IMG/VR virus record: IMGVR_UViG_3300029905_000012
Strand: one strand, 5' to 3'
Length of the DNA: 46,191 nucleotides
DNA from: a virus
Shown: positions 7,216-13,765 of the stretch, piece after piece
Layout: every line of letters begins with the position of its first letter
Numbering within the stretch: the first letter of the stretch is position 1
Notes under the pieces: generated by a model
Told to the model about the DNA's origin: nothing
Seen by the model: only the letters and a program-made list of their open reading frames with translations
Databases searched by the model: none
Position numbers and translations under genes: made by a program

Positions 7216-7573
7216 ACTCATCGCCCTGGCCGAACGCTGGCAGACCAAGGCTGACCGGGCCATGGAGCACTACCAGGAGGACGGCCTGGCCCGCCACAAC
7301 CGCGAGCGGGAGCAGGCCCAGGACCTGGCCGACGCACTGCGGGTCGCCGCCAATGCGGCCGATGACCACAGCGAGCTGATCTCCCTGCGAGGCGCGGTTT
7401 ACTGTCTGGCCGTCAAGGCCCACGCGGCCGCCGATGCGCTGGACGCGCCGGACCGGGCCAGTGACCGGGACATCCTCACCGACCTGGCCCGCAATGTCAT
7501 ATCCACCGCGCGGCTGTACGGGGTGGACAGCGGGCTGACAGCGTCACGCAAGCCCAAAACAAAGGAGGGCTGA
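7202..7573 (+). CDS. Hypothetical protein (123 aa, helical)
   Basis: ATG 7202 follows AAGGAGG. Confidence 0.6.
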   Translation: MTKVELIALAERWQTKADRAMEHYQEDGLARHNREREQAQDLADALRVAANAADDHSELISLRGAVYCLAVKAHAAADALDAPDRASDRDILTDLARNVISTARLYGVDSGLTASRKPKTKEG

Positions 7574-7575
7574 CC

Positions 7576-7713
7576 ATGTTATGGCAAAGCGAAGACCCGA
7601 CCCGCACCAGCAGCCCGCCCGTTGCGGGCTGCCCCGCCCAAGGCCCGCAGACTGCGCCTTCTGCATCTGGCGGGACGGCTGCCCCCGTACCCACAAGCCC
7701 ACAGAGAAAATAA
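7576..7713 (+). CDS. Possible small P/S/T-rich protein (45 aa)
   Basis: ATG 7576 follows AAGGAGGG. It falls below the ORF-track length cutoff. Low-complexity sequence makes it uncertain. Confidence 0.3.
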   Translation: MLWQSEDPTRTSSPPVAGCPAQGPQTAPSASGGTAAPVPTSPQRK

Positions 7714-7743
7714 TCCCTGACCATAAGCAAAAGGAGAAAAAGT

Positions 7744-8106
7744 ATGAAAAACACTGACAGCATCCTGCAGATGGCCCGCGGCGCGTTCGTTGAGCGCGTC
7801 GATTATGAGATGCACAAGGTCATCGACAACATCCTCGACCCCAACACCAAGGCCACCGCCAAGCGCAAGATCACCCTCACCATCGAGCTTGTGCCGGACG
7901 ATGAGCGCCAGCAGATCAACGTCCAGGTGACAGCCAAGAGCACCCTGGCCCCCACCAACCCTGTGGGCACCGCGCTCTACGTCACCGGCAACAGCAACGG
8001 CGAGCCTGTCCTGGCCGAACTGGTGCCTCAGGTGCCCGGGCAAATGGCCATGGACGACGCCGAACAGGAGGCCTCGAAGCTGCTTCGGCTGGCCAAGGAA
8101 ATGTAA
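7744..8106 (+). CDS. Hypothetical protein (120 aa)
   Basis: ATG 7744 follows AAAGGAGAAAAA. It sits directly upstream of the helicase module. Confidence 0.65.
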   Translation: MKNTDSILQMARGAFVERVDYEMHKVIDNILDPNTKATAKRKITLTIELVPDDERQQINVQVTAKSTLAPTNPVGTALYVTGNSNGEPVLAELVPQVPGQMAMDDAEQEASKLLRLAKEM

Positions 8107-8121
8107 ATGGAGGAACACACC

Positions 8122-8265
8122 ATGACTTATTCCGAACGCCTCTGCGCCGCCCAGGACGCCGCGCTGGAGCGGGCATACATGGCCAGTCTGGAACCGGGCG
8201 ACTACTACTATTCGGACAAACCCGACGATGAGGACCAGGACCGGCCGGAGGAGGAAGAAGCGTGA
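8122..8265 (+). CDS. Possible small acidic protein (47 aa)
   Basis: ATG 8122 follows GGAGGAA. It ends ..DEDQDRPEEEEA, and its stop overlaps the GTG of the next gene. Confidence 0.4.
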   Translation: MTYSERLCAAQDAALERAYMASLEPGDYYYSDKPDDEDQDRPEEEEA

Positions 8266-8645
8266 AGGTCGCCATGAAGAATGGGCGGATCGTCCTGGCA
8301 CAGATCGAGCAGGCCCGGATGGACAAGCTCAAAAAGACCGGCCTGCTGCGGTGGAACCGGCGCGAGCGCACCTATTCCGCCCCCGTCAGCCTTGATCTGC
8401 TGAATGCGCTGGCGCAGATCTTCACGCTGCCGGACTGCATCGAGATCGAGCGCCGGCGGCTGGCCGGCGTCGCCCGCGAGCTGGACGCCCAGCGCGCAGC
8501 CGCCGAGCCGGCGCCCCTGGTCCCGTACCCGGTGCGGGCCAGGCTGTTCCGCCACCAGGTGCGGGCTGCCAACATGGCAATGTTGGTTTTTGGGGCCGTG
8601 CCGCTTGAAGAAGAGAGGACAAAACAGTGGGAAAAGTCAGAGTGA
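8262..8645 (+). CDS. SNF2-family helicase, N-terminal fragment (ends just before Walker A)
   Basis: MKVAMKNGRIVL...LFRHQVRAANMAMLVFGAVPLEE looks like the N-terminal domain and Q-motif region of phage SNF2 helicases. The frame then runs into an unrelated tail and stops. Confidence 0.65.
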   Translation: MKVAMKNGRIVLAQIEQARMDKLKKTGLLRWNRRERTYSAPVSLDLLNALAQIFTLPDCIEIERRRLAGVARELDAQRAAAEPAPLVPYPVRARLFRHQVRAANMAMLVFGAVPLEEERTKQWEKSE

Positions 8646-9150
8646 TTTGCAGCCGCTGCGGAAAGATTGTGGAGCGTTACCCGTCGCAGGTGAGCGCCAC
8701 CCCGTTTTGCAGCAGGTCCTGTGCCAAGTCCTACACCAGCGCTCGGATGCACAGATGGAACGAAACCGCAAACCCGAAAAATACATCCGATGGTTGGGAC
8801 ACATCCGCAAGGGAAGCAGCCAGAGCACGTGAACAGCAGAATAAAGGCCCTTGTCAAAAGGGCACCTACCCCAAGTTCTGTGGGAGGCACGAACACCGAG
8901 TAATTGCAGAGCAAAAGCTCGGGCGCAAGCTCCGCCCTGGTGAGGTGGTCCACCACATCAATGGGGACAAACACGACAATCGACCCGAAAACCTTATGGT
9001 TTTCCCAAATCAAAAAGAACACGCCGCTTACCACGCAGTGCATCCAGAGGAAAGCGGTGTACATCTTGGGAAGAGAGGTGATGCCACATGACAAACAGAG
9101 AGCAGCCCGGGAAGGGTTTTGGCCTTCTGTTTGAATAGCCCCGAAATGGG
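8613..9150 (+). mobile_element. HNH homing-endonuclease cassette (about 538 bp) inserted in the SNF2 helicase gene
   Basis: Joining 8612 to 9151 in silico would read ..FGAVPLEE|VRLGKTLTAI.., a canonical SNF2 motif I context (DEMGLGKT-like). The intervening segment is almost entirely the HNH ORF. Confidence 0.55.
8627..9091 (+). CDS. HNH endonuclease
   Basis: HRVIAEQKLGRKLRPGEVVHHINGDKHDNRPENLMVFPNQKEHAAYH is a clear HNH motif. There is an N-terminal Cys4 zinc ribbon (CSRCG..CSRSC). Confidence 0.85.
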   Translation: MGKVRVICSRCGKIVERYPSQVSATPFCSRSCAKSYTSARMHRWNETANPKNTSDGWDTSAREAARAREQQNKGPCQKGTYPKFCGRHEHRVIAEQKLGRKLRPGEVVHHINGDKHDNRPENLMVFPNQKEHAAYHAVHPEESGVHLGKRGDAT

Positions 9151-10482
9151 GTGCGGTTAGGTAAAACCCTAACAGCTATCGCCATCATGGGAGCGCTCTA
9201 CCTCCAGCGCAGGATCACCCGAGTGCTGGTGGTGGCCCCCAGCAGCGTGTGCAGCGTCTGGCCCCACGACCTGGCGGCCTTCGCGGCCTTCCCCTATGAG
9301 GTGCGGGTGCTGCTGGGCGAGAAAAAGCAGAGGCTGGAAGCCCTGCGCAGCCTGACAAACTACCCCAACACGGCCAACCGGCTGCTGATCGCGGTCATCA
9401 ACTACGAGGCCACCCACCGGGAGGGCATCTTCGAGGCGCTGGAAAGCTACGCCGCCGACATGATCGTCTGCGATGAGAGCCAGCGGATCAAAAACCCCAA
9501 GGCCGCCCAGTCCAAGGCGGTGCAGATGCTGGGCGACCACGCCGATTATCGGCTGATCCTCAGCGGCACGCCGGTCCAGAACAGTGTCATTGACCTGTAC
9601 AGCCAGTACCGCTTCCTCGATCCGTCGGTGTTCGGCTCGAACTTCTACGCCTTCCGCAACCGCTACTGCCAGATGGGCGGCTACGGCGGCCACGAGGTGG
9701 TGGGCTTCCAGCACATGGACGAGCTGGTGCGCAAGGAGCACGCCATCGCCCTGCGGGTCACCAAGGCCGAGTGCCTGGACCTGCCCGGGCAGACCTTTGT
9801 CCGCCGGTATGTGCAGCTGGAGCCCGCGGCGCGGCGGCTGTACGCCCAGATCACCCGGGCCAGCTGCGCCGAGCTGGAAAACGGCGAACACGTCACCGCC
9901 TCCATCGTCCTGACCAAGCTGCTGCGGCTGATGCAGCTGACCGGCGGCTTTGTACAGGCCGACGGCGGCGACCGCCCCCGGCCCGCCGGCAGCGCCAAGC
10001 TGGACGCTTTGGCCGACATTCTGGAGGACTACGTCCAGGAAGCCGGGCAGAAGCTGGTGGTCTTTGCCCGCTTCCGCCCCGAGATCGCCGCCATCTGCCA
10101 GCTGCTGGAGCAGCGCGGCATCCGCTATGGCCGCATCGACGGCGAGGTCCCCATGGACCAGCGGGGCGCCATCGTCGAGACGTTCCAGCAGGACCCCGGC
10201 GTCAAGGTCTTTGTAGCCCAGATCCAGACGGCAGGCCTCGGCATCACCCTGCACGCGGCCAGCGCGGCGGTGTTTTACAGCCTGGACTTCAACTACGCCA
10301 ACTACGCCCAGGCCCTGGCCCGCATCCACCGCATCGGGCAGGCACAGCCGGTCACCTACATCCATCTGCTGGCCGAGCACACGGTGGACGAGCAGGTGCT
10401 GGACGCTTTGGAGCGGAAGGAGGACCTGGCCCGCACCATCGTGGACGGCTGGAAAAAGTATTTTCAAGGAGAAAACCCATGA
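9151..10482 (+). CDS. SNF2-family helicase, C-terminal fragment (Walker A onward)
   Basis: It starts (GTG) RLGKT. The DExx box is VCDESQRIKN. Helicase-C motifs include QTAGLGITL and ARIHRIGQ. There is no recognisable RBS before 9151. Confidence 0.8.
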   Translation: MRLGKTLTAIAIMGALYLQRRITRVLVVAPSSVCSVWPHDLAAFAAFPYEVRVLLGEKKQRLEALRSLTNYPNTANRLLIAVINYEATHREGIFEALESYAADMIVCDESQRIKNPKAAQSKAVQMLGDHADYRLILSGTPVQNSVIDLYSQYRFLDPSVFGSNFYAFRNRYCQMGGYGGHEVVGFQHMDELVRKEHAIALRVTKAECLDLPGQTFVRRYVQLEPAARRLYAQITRASCAELENGEHVTASIVLTKLLRLMQLTGGFVQADGGDRPRPAGSAKLDALADILEDYVQEAGQKLVVFARFRPEIAAICQLLEQRGIRYGRIDGEVPMDQRGAIVETFQQDPGVKVFVAQIQTAGLGITLHAASAAVFYSLDFNYANYAQALARIHRIGQAQPVTYIHLLAEHTVDEQVLDALERKEDLARTIVDGWKKYFQGENP

Positions 10483-10898
10483 GCATTATGGAACAGTTGG
10501 ACGCCTACCGCGCGCTGCTGGATAAAAAAGAGCAGCTGGCGGAAGCCGTCAAGGAGAACAACCGCGCCATCGAGGCCGCCCGGGACGCCCTGGCGGACAG
10601 CATGGTCAGCGAGGAAACGATGCAGATCGTACGGGACGGGTACAGCTACACCCTGACCCCCAAGACCAAGTACAGCAAGGCGGCCGGCCAGGATGAGGCC
10701 CTGATGGATGCGCTGCGCAACTATGGCCTGGGCAGCCTGATCCGGGAGACGGTCAACGCCCAGAGCCTCCAGGGGGCCATGAGCGCCCTGGCCGAAGAGA
10801 ACGACGACGAGCTGCCCGAAGAGTTCGAGGGCCTTGTCAACGTGTACACATTCAACGACGTCACCCGGCGCAAAGCCCGGACGTTCCATAAACAGTAA
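10479..10898 (+). CDS. Coiled-coil protein, Siphovirus Gp157-like
   Basis: ATGA coupling to the helicase stop. 139 aa with a coiled-coil N-terminus. The family assignment is tentative. Confidence 0.55.
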   Translation: MSIMEQLDAYRALLDKKEQLAEAVKENNRAIEAARDALADSMVSEETMQIVRDGYSYTLTPKTKYSKAAGQDEALMDALRNYGLGSLIRETVNAQSLQGAMSALAEENDDELPEEFEGLVNVYTFNDVTRRKARTFHKQ

Positions 10899-10911
10899 GG
10901 AGGATTTACCT

Positions 10912-11673
10912 ATGGCAGCCAATCTGATGAAAGCGGAAAACTTTTCTATCGTTCCCATGTCGGGCGAGATCGCCAAGATGCTCACCGAGGAGCTGGACGG
11001 TCTGGGGCAGGTGCCCTTCGACACGGTCAAGATCCCCAGCGGCGGCGGGCTGGCCTTTGAGGTTCCGGGCGACGACCCCGACAACCCCGAGACGGCCCAG
11101 TCCCTCACCGGCGTGATCGTCCATCACCACCCGGTCAATGTCTACTGGGAGCACGACTTCGACGGCTCGGGCGGCCTGCCCGACTGCAGCAGCCCCGACG
11201 GCAAGCACGGCCTGGACACCAGGACCGGCGAAGTCCGGGACTGCGCCACCTGCCCCTTCAACCAGTTCGGCAGCGGCGGCAAGGGCAGCGCCAAAGCCTG
11301 CAAAAACACCCATCGGGTCTACCTGCTGCGGGAGGACGAGGCCCTGCCCATCCTGCTGACCCTGCCGCCCACCAGCCTGCGGGCCTTCAAGGATTATCTG
11401 GCCAAGCGGCTCATTATGAAGGGCAAGCGCAGCGCCGACGTCATCACCTGCATCAAGCTTAAAAAGGAAAAGAACGCCGACGGCATCGCCTATTCGGCCT
11501 GCGTGTTCAGCAAAGCGGCCGACCTGGCCCCCGGCCAGATCGAGGCCATCCAGCCCACCTGCGCCTGGATCAAGGGCGTCGCCAGCCATGTGCCGGTGGT
11601 GGACCAGAGCGCAGAGCCGGATGCAGACGACGGCTTTGTGGATGTGCCCGACGATAAACCCATGCCGTTCTAA
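10912..11673 (+). CDS. Conserved phage protein with a Cys cluster (recombination/ssDNA module partner, function unknown)
   Basis: ATG 10912 follows AAGGAGG. It contains CSSPDG..CATCPFNQFGSGGKGSAKACKN. Confidence 0.6.
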   Translation: MAANLMKAENFSIVPMSGEIAKMLTEELDGLGQVPFDTVKIPSGGGLAFEVPGDDPDNPETAQSLTGVIVHHHPVNVYWEHDFDGSGGLPDCSSPDGKHGLDTRTGEVRDCATCPFNQFGSGGKGSAKACKNTHRVYLLREDEALPILLTLPPTSLRAFKDYLAKRLIMKGKRSADVITCIKLKKEKNADGIAYSACVFSKAADLAPGQIEAIQPTCAWIKGVASHVPVVDQSAEPDADDGFVDVPDDKPMPF

Positions 11674-11690
11674 ACTTTTGGGAGGCCCGC

Positions 11691-12467
11691 ATGGACGAAG
11701 GAAAGAAAAGTGTCATCCTGTATACTGAGTGGGCGCAGCCGTTGAAAACCCTCTCTTTGGAGGATAAAGGCCGCATTTTTGACGCGATTTTGTCTTACTC
11801 CGAAACGGGAGAAACACCACATTTTGACAGCGCCGCCGCAGAAATGGCCTTTTCCTTTATCCGTCTGCGGCTTGACGAAAACGCCCAAAAATGGGCCGAT
11901 ATACGCCAAAAACGTCGCGAAGCAGGACGGCTTGGAGGCAAGCAGCGCCAGGCAAACCAAGTAAATCAAGCAAATGCTACTTTTGCTAAGCAAAACAAGC
12001 AAAGCCAAGCAAATCAAGCTGTTAATGTAAATGTTAATGCTAATGTAAATGCTAATGTAGCAGCTAAAGCTGCTATGCCACAAACGGATCCTGACACACC
12101 CCCAGAACAGCCAGCCGCCCCGCTGCTGCCGCCCTCGCTGGAAGAAAGCTGGCTGAGTTTGGGCCTCGGCAGGCGTATGGGTCCGGCCGTCCAACAGGCC
12201 CTGCGGGCCTACCTGGCGGCCGGGCTGGATGACGCCCTGATCGTCCAGGCCATGCGGGAGGCCGCCGAGCACGATGTCAAGGCTACCCTGCCCTATATCC
12301 GCAGCATCCTGGACCGCTGCCAGGCCCAGGGCATCCGCACCCTGGACGCCTGGCAGGCGGCCCACCGCGGCGGGGGTGGCAAGCGGGTGGATCGGGCGCA
12401 GCCCAGCGGGAACGATTTTTTGGCCGATGCGGCAACGCGGCCCAGGCGGCACAAGAGGAAGGGGTGA
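11691..12467 (+). CDS. Replisome organiser (N-terminal DUF6291-like domain plus C-terminal DnaD-like domain)
   Basis: The N-terminus is ILYTEWAQPLKTLSLEDKGRIFDAIL. The C-terminus is LPYIRSILDRCQAQGIRTLDAW, a DnaD-type motif. The two domains are joined by an N/Q/A/V low-complexity linker. Confidence 0.65.
   Translation: MDEGKKSVILYTEWAQPLKTLSLEDKGRIFDAILSYSETGETPHFDSAAAEMAFSFIRLRLDENAQKWADIRQKRREAGRLGGKQRQANQVNQANATFAKQNKQSQANQAVNVNVNANVNANVAAKAAMPQTDPDTPPEQPAAPLLPPSLEESWLSLGLGRRMGPAVQQALRAYLAAGLDDALIVQAMREAAEHDVKATLPYIRSILDRCQAQGIRTLDAWQAAHRGGGGKRVDRAQPSGNDFLADAATRPRRHKRKG
11957..12058. repeat. AT-rich iteron-like block inside the organiser gene (candidate origin)
   Basis: AAGCAAA occurs 5 times, aaatcaagc twice, and the hexamer aatg(t/c)(t/a) six times in tandem (12021-12058). 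It stands out against the GC-rich background. Confidence 0.45.
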
Positions 12468-12473
12468 TACAGC

Positions 12474-13352
12474 ATGAAATCGGACGCCCGGCTTGTTCGT
12501 GGGGCGGCCCAGAAAGAGCTGGTCAAAGCCTTCGAATCCCTCTGTGGTAGGCATGGCAGGTGGGAGGTGTGGGCTGACTGGATCGTCATGTGCGCCTGCT
12601 CCATTTCCAACGCGGTTGACCGTGCGCACCGGAATGAACGCGAAAAGACGTACAAAACCCTGAGCGAAAAATACACGGAAGCCGAGCGGCAGACCATGGC
12701 CGAGATGCTGGGCATGGTTGTAGCCGCACTGGATGAAAACCAGGATCAAGACCTGCTTGGCGAAATTTTCATGACGCTCGGCCTCGGCAACGAGCACAAC
12801 GGCCAGTTTTTTACACCCTACGACGTGTGCTGCGCTATGTCTGCGCTGAACAGTGAGAATATCGCCGCGCAGGTTGAGAGGCAGGGCTGGGTATCGGTCT
12901 CTGATCCCGCCTGCGGGGCCGGGGCGTTGCTGGTGGCATTCGCCAACGAGTGCCGGCGGCAAAAGGTCAACTACCAGCAAAGCGTGCTGTGCGTTGCCCA
13001 GGACATCGACTTTACCGTCGGCCTGATGTGCTACATACAGCTCAGCCTGCTGGGCTGCGCCGGGTACGTCGTGATCGGCGACACCCTGGTCCACCCGGCG
13101 ACCGCCTATGACCGGAGGGGGCTGATCCCGCGGGATGAGGGGAACGTCTGGTATACGCCCATGTATTTTAGGGACGTCTGGCACTGGCGCCGGGTGTGGG
13201 CCCAGGTGGATATGATGTGCAGCGCGGAAAAGCCGCAAGGCGCAGAGGTTGTTTCAAAACCTGAAACAACCACACAAAAACCGCGGACGCGGCCTAAAAA
13301 GGCACAACCGGCCGCCAGTGAAAACGAATATGGGCAGCTGACCCTGTTTTGA
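12474..13352 (+). CDS. N6-methyltransferase-like protein (SAM-binding motifs present; no NPPY/F motif seen)
   Basis: HNGQFFTPYDV and SDPACGAGALL match HsdM-like motifs X and I. The protein ends about 60 aa after GDTLVHP without a (D/N/S)PP(Y/F) motif. Confidence 0.6.
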   Translation: MKSDARLVRGAAQKELVKAFESLCGRHGRWEVWADWIVMCACSISNAVDRAHRNEREKTYKTLSEKYTEAERQTMAEMLGMVVAALDENQDQDLLGEIFMTLGLGNEHNGQFFTPYDVCCAMSALNSENIAAQVERQGWVSVSDPACGAGALLVAFANECRRQKVNYQQSVLCVAQDIDFTVGLMCYIQLSLLGCAGYVVIGDTLVHPATAYDRRGLIPRDEGNVWYTPMYFRDVWHWRRVWAQVDMMCSAEKPQGAEVVSKPETTTQKPRTRPKKAQPAASENEYGQLTLF

Positions 13353-13369
13353 AAAGAAGGAGTGACCCC

Positions 13370-13765
13370 ATGCAATACAAACTGACCATCCCCGGCCGCC
13401 TGCCTGGCCTGAATGAGCTGATCGAGGCCGAGCGGGCCAACCGATACAAGGGCGCGCAGCTCAAGAAGGACGCCGAGCGCCGCATCTGCGCCGAGATCCG
13501 CCGCCAGCTGCACGGGGTACATATCCGCCGGCCGGTGGTGATGCGGTATCTGTGGGTCGAGCCGGACCGCCGCCGGGACCGGGACAACATCACCGCCGGG
13601 CGCAAGTTCGTCCAGGACGCGCTGGTGCGCTGCAAGGTCCTGCAAAACGACGGCTGGAAGGAGATCGCCAGCTTTGCCGATGATTGGGCGGTGGATAAGG
13701 TGAGGCCCCGGGTGGAGATTGAGATCGTCGAGACAGAGGACGACGTTGGAGGGGATATGAGATGA
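13370..13765 (+). CDS. rusA: RusA-family Holliday junction resolvase
   Basis: ATG 13370 follows AAGGAG. LPGLNELI..ANRY..A.LKK and DRDNI.AGRKFVQDALV match the RusA pattern. Confidence 0.75.
   Translation: MQYKLTIPGRLPGLNELIEAERANRYKGAQLKKDAERRICAEIRRQLHGVHIRRPVVMRYLWVEPDRRRDRDNITAGRKFVQDALVRCKVLQNDGWKEIASFADDWAVDKVRPRVEIEIVETEDDVGGDMR

Noticed and set aside
9136-9138. TAG reassignment or suppressor-dependent decoding, given an in-frame amber codon in the helicase and a phage tRNA.
   Set aside because: The only tRNA has a standard CCA (Trp) anticodon. The other genes form long uninterrupted ORFs under the standard code. One in-frame TAG next to a mobile-element border is better explained by the insertion event.
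8613-9150. Intein interpretation of the HNH insertion in the SNF2 helicase.
   Set aside because: The N-fragment, the HNH ORF and the C-fragment are in three different reading frames, with stops between them. An in-frame protein-splicing element is therefore impossible.
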